DNA of 64,000 bases, taken from Eledone cirrhosa. Taxonomy: Eukaryota. The notes below the pieces were generated by a model. That model was not told the origin of the DNA. It saw nothing but the letters and a program-made list of their open reading frames with translations, and did no database searches. The position numbers and the translations under genes are program-made. Position 1 is the first letter of the stretch; every line of letters starts with the position of its first letter. Of the stretch, positions 1 through 12,365 are shown in pieces. The stretch is from the NCBI GenBank assembly GCA_964016885.1, contig OZ024758.1, positions 13,206,001 to 13,270,000 of the forward strand. The letters run 5' to 3'.

Positions 1-171
1 AAAGAAGAAGAAGAAAACACTGAAATTTCGGTTACATGTATTTATGTTTTTATTGAATATCGATCTGTTATGTATGTTTCATAAATGATTGGCTCAAGGT
101 AACCCATGGAAGTTATGGACCTGATTCCAGCATTGATCTGCTCTTCAGACTGGTGATTCAGCCAAAAATAA

Positions 172-259
172 ATATTGGTACCACCACCATTAATTCACTG
201 AATCACCTACACTATATATATATATATATACCACCACCATTAATTCACTGAATCACCTA

Positions 260-301
<42 letters not shown>

Positions 302-339
302 TAGGTGATTCAGTGAATTAATGGTGGTGGTACCAATAT
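172..339. repeat. Inverted repeat (~40-bp arms) centred on (TA)n, with a direct duplicate of the left arm
   Basis: ATATTGGTACCACCACCATTAATTCACTGAATCACCTACAC ... (TA)n ... GTGTAGGTGATTCAGTGAATTAATGGTGGTGGTACCAATAT. Confidence 0.9.
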
Positions 340-363
340 ATATGTATATATATATATATATAT

Positions 364-411
<48 letters not shown>

Positions 412-585
412 TATTTCATTATCTTGTGACTTATCATTTACCAGATACTGTAGTAAATTTAATAGTTAATAATTGTGTATATAACTGTGTATACAATTGT
501 GTATATAAAGTTGTAATAAAATACATAGAGATGAGGTAATAGATTAATATAGAATTTCTCATAAATTAGTTTAAATGAGTTTAAA

Positions 586-750
586 TTATTGGCAGGCATT
601 AGCGTATTGTTCAGATTTCAAAAATCTAACGTAAGGGTCTCGTTGCATGAAATCATAGATTTCCTTTTGAGCATCATCAAAGACATTTCTATGGGGGTCA
701 GCTTCAACAGCTTTTACTGTCCTGTCTCTGTTGGGGGCTTTCAGATTTAC
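586..750 (-). CDS. RGS-domain protein, last coding exon
   Basis: Acceptor ttttcag| at 751. Reads VNLKAPNRDRTVKAVEADPHRNVFDDAQKEIYDFMQRDPYVRFLKSEQYANACQ*, matching the RGS C-terminal motifs (VN, FD.AQ..IY..M..D.Y.RF..S..Y). Phase 0 matches the donor at 1973. Not in the ORF track. Confidence 0.93.
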   Translation of the reverse strand, partial: VNLKAPNRDRTVKAVEADPHRNVFDDAQKEIYDFMQRDPYVRFLKSEQYANACQ

Positions 751-799
751 CTGAAAATATAAGAATGGGGAGTAACAAAAAATAAAAAGACAAAACCAA

Positions 800-1932
800 A
801 TAATATCTCACATAACATTTACATTACTCTATATATACTATTGTATTTTCACAGTAAAGGCTTTACCTCACATAATATCTCACATAACATTTACATTACT
901 ATATATATACTATTGTATTTTCACAGTAAAGACTTTACCTCACATAATATCTCACATAACATTTACATTACTCTATATATACTATTGTATTTTCATAGTA
1001 AAGGCTTTACCTCACATACTTATCTCACATAACATTTACATTACTCTATATTTACTACTGTATTTTCATGGTAAAGGCTTTACCTCACATAATATCTCAC
1101 ATAATATTGAATCTATAAGATTTCAATGTTATTTATTTTGAGAACAACACCTTAACCTCAGTATGAGTGACCAGTTTGAACAGAAAGAGGTGAGGGAATT
1201 CTGGCTGGAAATGGCCGGTTTGAACAGAGAGAGTTGAAACAATTCTGGCCGAATATGGCCAGTTTGAACAAAAAGAGGTGAGAAAATTCTGGCTGGATTT
1301 GGCTGATTTGAACAGAGAGAGTTGAGAGAATTCTGGCTGGATATGGCCAGTTTGAACAGAAAGAGGTGAGAAAATTCTGGCTGGATTTGGCTGATTTGAA
1401 CAGAGAGAGTTGAGAGAATTCTGGCTGGATATGGCCGGTTTAAACAGAAAGAGGTGAGAAAATTCTGGCTGGATTTGGCTGATTTGAACAGAGAGAGTTG
1501 AGAGAATTCTGGCTGGATATGGCTGGTTTAAACAGAAAGAGGTGAGAAAATTCTGGCTGATTTGAACAGAGAGAGTTGAGAGAATTCTGGCTGGATATGG
1601 CCGGTTTAAACAGAAAGAGGTGAGAAAATTCTGGCTGGATTTGGCTGATTTGAACAGAGAGAGTTGAGAGAATTCTGGCTGGATATGGCCGGTTTAAACA
1701 GAAAGAGGTGAGAAAATTCTGGCTGGATTTGGCTGATTTGAACAGAGAGAGTTGAGAGAATTCTGGCTGGATATGGCCGGTTTAAACAGAAAGAGGTGAG
1801 AAAATTCTGGCTGGATTTGGCTGATTTGAACAGAGAGAGTTGAGAAAATTCTGGCTGGATTTGGCTGATTTGAACAGAGAGAGGTGAGAAAATTCTGACT
1901 GGATATGGCCGGTTTAAATGCTAAAGGGCTAA
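800..1932 (+). repeat. Minisatellite-expanded copy of the piggyBac-like MITE (70-bp unit x~4, then ~41-bp unit x~18) in the RGS intron
   Basis: Both repeat units are internal segments of the 8239-8449 element. The array ends in the same terminus, GGTTTAAATGCTAAAGGG. Confidence 0.85.
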
Positions 1933-1973
1933 GAATTGATCTGAGATTCACAGAAAACTAAAAGTATACTTAC

Positions 1974-2140
1974 AGCACGGGTGGCCTTTTTAGAAACATA
2001 AGTTTTCATGATGATATTGGCTTGCTTTGGAAGTTCATCATCATCTAGGTTGTCTCGGTAGTTCTCTATAGCAAGCCAAAAGTCCAGATTCTCGTCACAG
2101 AATTGGCTTTTCAGATATTGCTTAAACAGTTTCACACCAT
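1974..2140 (-). CDS. RGS-domain protein, middle coding exon
   Basis: Acceptor tttgtatgaag| and donor |gtaagt. Encodes (D)GVKLFKQYLKSQFCDENLDFWLAIENY...IMKTYVSKKATRA, the RGS F..FL..EF.EEN..FW signature. Confidence 0.95.
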
Positions 2141-2180
2141 CTTCATACAAAAGAAAATAAGTTTATATATATATATACAT

Positions 2181-2525
2181 GGAGGCACATGGCTTAGTGG
2201 TTAGAGCATTGGCCTTGCAATCGAAAGGTTATGAGTTCAATTCTCAGACCGGGTGATGTGTTGTTTCCTTGAGAAAGACACTTTATTTCACATTGCTCCA
2301 GTTTACTCAGCTGTAGAAATGAGATGATATGGACTGGGGTCCCTATCATTCCACTGTAAAGTGGTCGTGGGGGTGCCACGGCAAAAAAGTCACCCAGCAC
2401 TCACTGTAAATGAGGTTGGTGTTAGGAAGGGCATCCAGCTGTAGAAATCAAGCCAGAATCAGTTCCCGTCCCACCCTTGCAAACAGGGAAAAGCGGACGT
2501 AAAATGAAATGATGATGATGATGAT
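2181..2525 (+). mobile_element. tRNA-derived SINE, family A (RTE-type tail)
   Basis: A-box-like TGGCTTAGTGG, B-box-like GAGTTCAATTCT and (GAT)n tail. Near-identical copies at 38447-38770 and 47070-47397. Confidence 0.88.
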
Positions 2526-2980
2526 ACATATACAGTCAGTAGGCACCTCTTAACTCAATGTACACCAGACCGCCACACCCTACCCCATCCTCCCTCTCCC
2601 TCTTCCGTTCCGTCCACTGTGTAGATGACACAACAGTCCACACTGTAAGGTGGCCATGTAGGAGACTTGGGGGAAAAGGCTCCCAGTCCATACTATAAAT
2701 GTGGTTGGTGTTAGGAAGGCCATCCAAATGTAAAAAACCTGACAGAGATGCTTCTGTGCGAGTGAGACATGGTCTCCCGACCATTCCCGCATCAGATGGA
2801 ACAAAATCGTCTAACCCATGCTAGTGTGGAAGATGGACGTTAAACGATGATGAAGATGATGACATATATATATATGCAACCATGGAAAAACGGATGTAAA
2901 AACAATGATTATGAAGACGATCATGATGATGATAAATGTATATACATACACATACATACATACATACATATATATATATA

Positions 2981-3029
<49 letters not shown>

Positions 3030-3471
3030 TCATATATATATATTGGGTGTATATATAGTGTAAAGAGTAAAGATAGCCTTTGGTCAGGAACGACCATGGG
3101 ATATACACCTCTTCAAGGCACAAGTCCGGACAAAGTTGATATGTATATATATATATATCATCCTTAATCAAAGACATTCTAGCTGTGACCAATATGTCCT
3201 TCTTTTTTCAAGACAGTAGTATGCGATTATAGAGAGATTTGACTGCCATTACTGGCAGTTTGAGTAAACATATACAGACTCTCCTCTAGGTTTGATAACA
3301 ATGCTCTAAACATTAAGCCATATCTGTTATATAAACAACACAAATCTAAAAGAAAATAATAATAATAAATAATTGTTTCTACTTTTGGCACAAGGCCAGC
3401 AATTACCCAGTGCATTACTGGTACTTTATTTTATAATAATAATAAATAATATAAAATATATTGGCATCTAC

Positions 3472-3526
3472 CATCATTTCTGATGAGAAATTCAAACGAT
3501 TGACCCCACGCCTTTGGATTGCTCAT
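3472..3526 (-). CDS. RGS-domain protein, first coding exon
   Basis: ATG at 3526 with an in-frame TAA just upstream. Reads MSNPKAWGQSFEFLIRND+G (RGS helix-1 W..SF..L motif), then phase-1 donor GTAGAT, which joins exon 2 in frame. Spliced CDS is 387 nt = 128 aa + stop. Confidence 0.85.
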
Positions 3527-4713
3527 CTTGGAATTATTTTAGGCAGCAAAGAATAATCTGGAAAAGAAATGTGAAATAGAAAATATTAAGGAATAAAGAA
3601 TCTGTTCGGTGTAAAAGAAATTTGAAGACATTCTCACAAATAGAATCATTGAGGGAGGCTTTAAATTGAAGAGATAGCAAAATACATTTCTTAGTATCCT
3701 CATGATTAACCTCCCTTTACATACTAAGCTACCCATTCACACAAACACATACAAATACACCACCAAGCTGACTATAACAAATTCTCCCTAGATATATCCT
3801 TTAGCTTAAAATATGTAGCTGTTTTATTCTTCTCTTGGACTTTACAATAGTAAAGTCGTAGGTTCGATTCCTGGACTGGGTTGTGTGTTGTGTTCTTGAG
3901 CAAAACACTTCATTTCATGTTGCTCCAGTATACTCAGTCGAAAATGAGTAGCAGCAATAGTTCTCTTTCTCATTGAAATACTGAAAATTGAATGAGCTGA
4001 GTTCACTCAATGAAACACGGATCCTTGTGTTTCTCCATGTTATGTCTTCATCGGATCTAGCTGTTGAAACTGCCGCAGCTCAGCCGTCGGGGTCCCGTAT
4101 TTTTCCTATTACCCACTCTACTACCCCAAGTATCGAGTACTCTGGTGAATAATGGTCTAACTGGTTTTTACCACCTCCATTCTGAAGGACAGATGAAGGG
4201 CAGAGACCGCTGGAGAGAACTCATCCATGGATCTCGGGAATTTTACCCACCCTAGATAGATAGATAGATAGATAGACATATAAACACATATCATTATCAT
4301 CATCACCAGTAATGTACTGGGTAATTGCTGGCCTTGTGCCAAAAGTAGAAACAATTATCATCATCACCATTTAGAGTCCATTTTTCCATGTTTGCATGGG
4401 TTAAATGGGTCGTCCACGTCGGGAGACAAGTCTGGCCAGGATTAGCCATGCTGTACCTTGCTCCAAAGAGGACTGTAAATTTGGCCAAGGATTTTACAGC
4501 TAGATGCCCTTCCTAACACCAACCACATTTATAGTATATATATATATATATATATATAGGAACCAGTAAGATTTTTAGTCCAGAATTAGCCGTCGAAACG
4601 GCTTGAGCTCAGCTGTCGGGGTCTTACTGGTTCCTATTACCCACTCTACTACCTCAAGTATTGAGTACTTTGGTGCGTTATGGTCCACCTGGTTCCTTAC
4701 CACATTTCCTTCG

Positions 4714-4751
<38 letters not shown>

Positions 4752-4874
4752 CCCTGTGTATGCCATTAACACTGGTATTTATAGAATTCTGTATTAACTG
4801 ATAGATTAATTAAATAGTCTAAAATTAATTGCCACCTCAACAGAATCTAAATGTTAAGCATTTCTGTTAATAAT

Positions 4875-5059
4875 TTTTTTTTTTCTACTTTTGGCACAAG
4901 GCCAGCAATTACACAGTGTATTACTGGTACTTTATTTTATCGACCCCCGTAAGGATGAAAGGCAAAGTTAACCTTTGCGGGATTTGAACTCAGAATGGCA
5001 AGGGCCGTAACTCTATGCGTCAAAGCATGGCGTCCGGCCCTCTACCGATTCTGCCAATC
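4875..5059 (-). mobile_element. tRNA-derived SINE, family B
   Basis: Reverse complement of the 8950-9132 element. Flanked by the direct repeat CTGTTAATAAT (target-site duplication). Confidence 0.85.
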
Positions 5060-5169
5060 CTGTTAATAATGAAGATGAATGTACTTTTTAAATCCCTCTC
5101 AGTTTGTTGAGATAATCGGGTAAATATGCCCACATTATCGCCATGACAGATGAAGTTGGTGCAGTTAGC

Positions 5170-5236
5170 TTAGTAGTAGTAGCAGTAGTAATAGTGGTGG
5201 TGGTGGTGGTAGTAGTGGTAGTAGTAGTAGTAGTAC

Positions 5237-5267
<31 letters not shown>

Positions 5268-5368
5268 GGTAGTGGTGGTGGTGGTGGTCATCGTCGTCGT
5301 CGACATAGTACTAGTAGTAGCAGTAGTAATAGTGGTGGTGGTGGTGGTAGTAGTAGTAGTAGTAGTAC

Positions 5369-5405
<37 letters not shown>

Positions 5406-5425
5406 GGTAGTGGTAGTAGTAGTAC

Positions 5426-5462
<37 letters not shown>

Positions 5463-6190
5463 GGTAGTGGTAGTAGTAGTAGTAGTACTAGTAGTAGTAG
5501 TAGTAGTGGTGGTGGTGGTCATCGTCGTCGTCGACATAGTACTAGTAGTAGCAGTAGTAATAGTGGTGGTGGTGGTGGTAGTAGTGGTAGTAGTAGTAGT
5601 AGTAGTACTAGTAGTAGTAGTAGTAGTGGTGGTGGTGGTCATCGTTGTCGTCGACATAGTACTAGTAGTAGCAGTAGTAATAGTGGTGGTGGTGGTGGTA
5701 GTAGTGGTAGTAGTAGTAGTAGTACTAGTAGTAGTGGTGGTGGTAGTGGTAGTGGTGGTGGTGGTCATCGTCGTCGTCGACATAGTACTAGTAGTAGCAG
5801 TAGTAATAGTGGTGGTGGTGGTGGTAGTAGTGGTAGTAGTAGTAGTAGTAGTACTAGTAGTAGTAGTAGTAGTGGTGGTAGTGGTGGTGGTGGTCATCGT
5901 CGTCGTCGACATAGTACTAGTAGTAGCAGTAGTAATAGTGGTGGTGGTGGTGGTAGTAGTGGTAGTAGTAGTAGTAGTACTACTAGTAGTAGTAGTAGTA
6001 GTGGTGGTAGTGGTGGTGGTGGTGGTCATCGTCGTCGTCGACATAGTAGTAGTAGCAGTAGTAATAGTGGTGGTGGTGGTGGTAGTAGTGGTAGTAGTAG
6101 TAGTAGTAGTAGTGGTAGTGGTAGTAGTAGTGGTGGTGCTGGTGGTGGTCATCGTCGTCGACATAGTAGTAGTAGCAGCAGCAGCTCCAA
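5170..6190. repeat. (GTA/GTG)n trinucleotide array with a ~120-bp higher-order unit
   Basis: The marker GTCATCGTCGTCGTCGACATAGTA recurs about 7 times among GTA/GTG triplets. Confidence 0.95.
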
Positions 6191-8009
6191 CAGAACCAGC
6201 AGCATTAACACCAGCACCAACACCACAAACACCACCATCATCATCATTACCACCACATGACCGAGACACTCACACACACATATTTATCTAAAAACCTTCC
6301 AGCATAATTTTATGTAAGAACCTTTGTTAAGTTATATTCCAAACACCAACTTAATAACAAACAGTTAGTTATATTACTAAATTCCTCCAAATACTTATTT
6401 TGAAAATTATTTGAAAACCCTAAACAATGTCTTTTATTAGAAATATGATAACTAAAGGGTTAAGGCCCGACAATTTTAGAATAAAATAGATTTAAAACAC
6501 CCAGAATCTGAATGATAGAATTTCCTAACATCTGAAATGACTCACATCATGAGCCTATAAGGGAGCCTCTGTGTGGTCTCTCAAGCCGCTAGAAATAACT
6601 ACCAGATTTATCTCATATCACACCTTACTGTTTTAAAATAGGACACTTTAAATAATCTGGTATTAATTTCTCTGTATATAAGAAAAGTGGAGGTAAATGG
6701 CTTAGTGGTAAATGTGTTAGACTTCACAATCATAATGTCGTGGGTTTGATTCCTGGACTGGGTTGTGAGTTATGTTCTTGAGCAAAACCACTTCAATTCT
6801 TGGGCTGGGTTGCGCGTTGAGCAAAACAATTCATTTCATGTTGCTCCAGTATACTCAGATGAAAATGAGTACCAGCAATATCTGGAGGTTTAACCCTGTG
6901 ATGGACTGGTGTCCTGTTCAGTGAGAGGTGGAGGCTTGTACTCTCAGTCACTTCACTCCAAGGAAACTGGGGTGAGCACTGATGTGCCCCCAGGCTCCAA
7001 CAGGACCTGCTAGAAGGAGTGCTTGAGGACTCTGCTCCACTCCTCTCACGAAACCTCCCAAGGCCAGAAATTGGGGAGGAGGAGGGGGAAAATCGATTAA
7101 ATCAACCCCAGTGCATTACTGGTACTTTATTTTATCAAACCCGTATGGATGAAAATGATAATAATAATGATAATTTCATTTATTGGCCACAAGGGCCGAC
7201 ATGTAAGGGACAGTACAAAGATAGAACAATAACAACAGCAACAACTGCAACAACAACAACAACCACAACAGTATCAGCTTGTAGTGCACCTGAGCACTGT
7301 ACACAATAATTTCATTATTATTATTATATATGATAATAATTTATTGCTGTCTACCAATTTTCTGAAGAAGAAATAATTTTTTCTACTTTTGGCACAAGGC
7401 CAGCAAATATCCAGTTCATTACTGGTACTTTATTTTATCGACCCGGTAAGGATGAAAGGCAAAGTTAACGTCGACGGGTTCTGAAGAAGAAATAATGTTT
7501 TTAAAAAATAAATAAAGTCAACTTACGAAAGATTGAATTGTTTAAGAAGAATATTTTGTTGAGTTCCTCTGACAAGAACAGTCTGTTGTGGTATGGACAA
7601 TATGAATGACTACTGCCAACAATACTGCATCCAATTTGTGCCTCGAGGTATGTTTTATACAATATAAATCACCACAGATTAGAGTCATAGGTAATCCACT
7701 CTAAATGGATTAAGAACAAAATGAAGCAAAACAATTTAATTCCTCTTAGATTAGGGTGAGGAAGAAGAAAAGTCAGATATTTTCGTTCTTTTTTCTTCTC
7801 TTTTTTTCTGCAGTTGAATATATTTTATTTATTGGCAGTTGGAGCTTAGAAGGTAAAATAGTGGACACTGTATTAGGTTTTGTTGTTTTATTTTACATAA
7901 AATACATGACAGTAATAAACCACATAAGTATCTGCTGCATAAAGAGTAAATTGTTAAGTGTAGACTTGCAAACTTAATAAAGCTGAAAATAATTTTTACC
8001 AAATTGAAA

Positions 8010-8453
8010 TTAACCCTTTAACATTTATATTACTCTATATATACTATTGTATTTTTGTGGTGAAAGCTCTATCTTACATAATTATCTCACTTAATATTGA
8101 ATCTACGAGTTTGTTATGTTATTTATTTTGAGAAGAATACTTTAACATCAGTATGAGAAGCCAGTTACAGCTGTTTTGAACAAAAAGAGGTGAGAGAATT
8201 CTGGCCAGATATGGCTGGTTTAGATGCTAAAGAATTAACCCTTTAACATTTACATTTCTCTATATTTACTATTATATTTTTATGATAAAGGCTTTACCTC
8301 ACATAATTATCTCACATAATATTGACACTATGAGATTTTGATGTTATTTATTTTGAGAACAATACCTTAACATCAGTATGAGTGGCTGGTTTGAACAGAA
8401 AGAGGTGAGAGAATTCTGGCCGGATATGGCTGGTTTAAATGCTAAAGGGTTAA
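8010..8453 (+). mobile_element. Tandem pair of non-autonomous piggyBac-like MITEs (8014-8234 and 8239-8449)
   Basis: TTAA|CCCTTTAACATT ... AATGCTAAAGGG|TTAA. TTAA at 8010, 8235 and 8450. CCC...GGG termini with TTAA target sites are characteristic of piggyBac. Confidence 0.8.
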
Positions 8454-8949
8454 ACATGTAATAAGGATAATCATCAGCGTTAATGACAATTTTTCATTAA
8501 AAACCTTCTATATACTTGTTTACCAGTAAATTGAATTGCCATCTGTCATATACTATCCCCTCTCTTCTTCCTTTCTTACATCATCATTTTACGTCCGCTT
8601 TTCCCTGCTTGCAAGGGTGGGACGGGAACTGATTCTGGCTTGATTTCTACAGCTGGATGCCCTTCCTAACACCAACCTCATTTACAGTGAGTTACAACTA
8701 ATATAAATACTTCAATTTTTCTGATTTTTTCCAATTTATCCAATATCTCTGAAGAAGTGACAACTGATTATACATTTGCTATCGAATACTTGCTAACATT
8801 ATATGATTACGCAAGCAGTGATACATAGGTATTCCGTCTGTTACAGAAACATATGTCAATACCTAATAAATTCCTTTATAAAAGCACTTTCATTTTATAT
8901 TCATCTTTTCTATATATATATATATATATATCGTTATTTAAACTATGAA

Positions 8950-9132
8950 TTGGTGGATTGGCAGTATCGGTAGAGGGTCGGACGCCATGCTTTCCAGCAT
9001 AGTTACGTCCTTTTACGATCTGAGTTCAAATCCCGCCGAGGTTGACTTTGCCTTTCATCCTTACGGGGTCGATAAAATAAAGTACCAGTAATGCACTGGG
9101 TAATTGCTGGCCTTGTGCCTAAAGTAGAAACA
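8950..9132 (+). mobile_element. tRNA-derived SINE, family B (core resembles the Nin/Deu-type SINE domain)
   Basis: B-box GAGTTCAAATCC and core GAGGTTGACTTTGCCTTTCATCCTTACGGGGTCGATAAAATAAAGTACC. Perfect 17-bp TSD GTTATTTAAACTATGAA (8933-8949 and 9133-9149). More than 10 other full or partial copies (e.g. ~7377, 9390, 11000, 38830, 43393, 45625, 49849, 52895, 53910, 54112). The family likeness is from memory, not searched. Confidence 0.88.
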
Positions 9133-10484
9133 GTTATTTAAACTATGAAGGTCACATCTACACTCTCTCATCCTCTTTATAGTCTCAAATATTTCAAACA
9201 GATCTCACAATCTCATCATCTATGATGTTATCAAATCTGCTTAATCTATCTTCATACTTCACAGCACATAATTCAATTGTATTGATTTGATTTAATTAAT
9301 GGTTTCTTTATTGATTTAATTAATGAAAGTAATTTATAGTAATTTGTAGAAAGTGATTAACAAAAAAATCGCCTTTGTTAATAATGGTTTTTATTTTTGA
9401 CACAAGGCCAGCAATTATCCCAGTACATTACTGGTACTTTATTTTATCGACCTCGTAAAGATGAAAGGCAAAATTAACCTCGGCGGGATTTGAATCCAGA
9501 ACACGATTTGAACGCGTAAAGTGCGTAACTCTGTGCTGCAAAGCAGGCGTCCGACCCTCTACCGATACTGCCAATGATGATGATGATTGTTAATAATGGT
9601 TTCTGATTTAGGTGGCTGGGAGGGGGGGGGGGGGAGTCGATTACATTTTATTGACCTTGTAAGGATAAAAGGTAAAGCTCACCCCGGCTGGATTTGGTAC
9701 TGGTTTCTGATTTAGGCACAAGGCCGGCAATTTAGTGGGGTGGGGCGGAGAAAGTCGATTAAATCGACTCCAGAGCATTATTGGTACTGTGTTTGAAAGA
9801 CATAGATATCAATATCACCACATTACCATAGTAACAAACTAACTACACAGCAAGAAACGCTTTCCCGTCGATACTTCCAGGCAGCTTGTCGCCTACCGTT
9901 GTTGCCGGCTTTCCTCATCGTTCGTTACTCAAGACACCGTTCGTGAACTGAAACATTTTAAGGGTCTGAACAAATTTATTCGTGACCCGGTTTATTCGTG
10001 AACCAAGGCTCGACTATATATAAATTTTCAGTTGAACACGCCAAATAGAGTTATGTCCCTTACTTGTTCGTTACACAAACAGCGCGGCTTTCAAAACGCT
10101 TTTAAAACGATATTTTTATGAAACGAATTTCTACCTTATATATATACACACACACACACATGTAAGTATAATTATATATATTTATATATCTATGTCTATA
10201 ATAATTACATTGATACTATTATATCTCAGTGTTATTCTATAAAACAAATTTCTACGTTGTCTACCTATCTCTATATACACACGCGCACCTCTATAAATAT
10301 ACACACACATGTAAGTATAAATATATATTACACAGGCTCAGAAATATCCCTTTCTTTAATTGTAAAAGACTGTTTGAGTTTATAACTCTATATATAATAT
10401 ATATATATATAGAGGTTATATTTAATTTGTTGGGATACAACAAGCTAAAATATTTTTATAACGCACTCAACAAATTATTGGAGT

Positions 10485-10658
10485 ATATAATATATTAACA
10501 AATGGAAACTATATTTATAAAACCATATTTATTCTATTATACATATTTATAAAACTAATCTGTATTATATTTTATCTGCCTTGGTGGCCCTTGAAATATG
10601 TATAATAGAATAAATATGGTTTTATAAATATAGTTTTCATTTGTTAATATATTGTATA
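10485..10658. mobile_element. Palindromic (TA)n-flanked cassette with an internally deleted hammerhead motif
   Basis: ~60-bp inverted arms. The spacer reads TATTTTAT CTG[deletion]CCTTGGTGGCCCTT GAAA TATGTA TA ATAGAATA. Same family as 47862-47985. Confidence 0.75.
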
Positions 10659-12140
10659 TATATATATATATATATATATAGGAACGATCGACTTTCGTCA
10701 AATCGGACCGAGGGAACAATGTTTCCGTTGGTCTTTCCAATTGCTAATACTATCTATCGGTCGCAACTCCAGGTAGAAGGAGCAACGTGAAATAAAGTGT
10801 CTTGCTCAAGGACATAACGCATCGCCTGGTCCAGGAATCGAACTCACAACCTTACGATTGCGAATCCAAATGTATGTATGTATGTATGTAAAAGGTAAAC
10901 AGAAATAACAACACAATCGGTACAGTGTATACACACTTCAACGACAAAACAAAACGGGCATTAAATTAAATTCTGTTTTATATGCATTATTTAAATTATT
11001 CCTTTCATCCTTACGGGGTCGTTAAAATAAAGTACCACCAATACACTGAGGTAATCGCTGGCTTTGTGCCAAAAGTAGAAACAATTATTTGGAGTATGTA
11101 AATATTTTTTGGACGTTTACATACAATTTTTGTGTCTAGAATTGTTTGTAGATCATTTTATTTCTGGGTAAGGCTGTGTATTCTAATAAATATGTCCTGT
11201 ACAGTTAAAGTATGTATACGTTTTTTTTTTTGGGGGGGGGGGACACTTTATATATATATAATTGTTTCTACTTTTGGCACAAGGCCAGCAATTATTACAG
11301 TGTATTACTGGTACTTTATATATATATATATTTATTTTTTTATATATATAATGTTCGTAACCCATATATAAATAATTTATATTTGGTACTGGTTACTAAA
11401 ATACTTGAGCAATTTGAAATCTATTTTACATCTGGCCTGAGTCTATTATCAGTTTTTCGGAGGGTTTACATTTTAATGTTTGGTCTGACCTGACCTGGAG
11501 CTTGTGACAACTAACTGTACATACAGTGAGGGGTGGGGACCAAGAAAGGTTGGGATTGTTACGGATGGGACGTCTTTTATTACATGTCTGCTCCGTTAGG
11601 ATTGACATGGAAATAAACTACAATTGTTCTAAGAAAAAAAAAAAAAATATATATATATATAATATATATAATATATATATATATGTATGTAGAGGTTATA
11701 TATTATAATATATTTGTTATTATATATATATATATATTTGATATTTTAAATTATATTTTAAGAGACGCCGTTAGAATCCTTGATTTAGGCACTCTCTCTC
11801 TCTCTCCAAAACGCTAACAGAAATAACAAAGCAAACGACTTAGTTTTACGCTTTATATATATATATATATAGTAATAATAATAAATTAGAAGACTAAAAT
11901 CCAAAGAGGGCTCGGTAAGGATAAATATATATATCAAATATATAAGAACCCTAGAGCAAATATTTATTAAAATAACAGATTAAAGTTTAAGCAAAGAATC
12001 GCAGCTTTCACCCTTAACGGGATCTTCTGAAATTAACAAAGTCAATCTGTAAACGCAGAAGTGGATATTTCAAAAAACGTTGCAACCGGAGGAAGACAGG
12101 AAGACGATACTTTGGTTCGTGGAAACGTTCACTGGCAAAG

Positions 12141-12187
<47 letters not shown>

Positions 12188-12189
<2 letters not shown>

Positions 12190-12360
12190 GTATTTTCCGG
12201 CGTCGAAGACGCTACTTTATTTTCTAAAATAAGTCTCAAAAATCTACCACGGAGTCTGTCCTGGAGGCCGAAGGTTGTTTATTATTTTTTTCAAAATTTT
12301 GGTTGTCAAAATTAGGATTCGTCCTCGAGGACGAAGCGTCTTCGGTGCCGGGAAATACGG
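12188..12360. mobile_element. Tc1/mariner-pogo-like MITE
   Basis: TIRs CCGTATTTTCCGGCGTCGAAGACGCT / AGCGTCTTCGGTGCCGGGAAATACGG, adjacent to (TA)n. Confidence 0.7.
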
Positions 12361-12365
12361 TTTAT

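Noticed and set aside
2181-2255. tRNA gene
   Set aside because: The A/B boxes continue into a multi-copy SINE body. No complete cloverleaf was found.
5088-6291. Mucin-like poly-Thr ORF and antisense poly-Val ORF
   Set aside because: Both derive from the same trinucleotide array, with no signal peptide or non-repetitive domain.
7360-7497. Two CTGAAGA hammerhead-like cores
   Set aside because: They are the 17-bp target-site duplication (TCTGAAGAAGAAATAAT) of a truncated SINE-B, with no stem II.
7521-7710. Possible upstream RGS exon (minus-strand GTAAGT donor at ~7526)
   Set aside because: No ATG-initiated frame reaches the donor. It could be a 5'UTR exon, but the sequence alone cannot support that.
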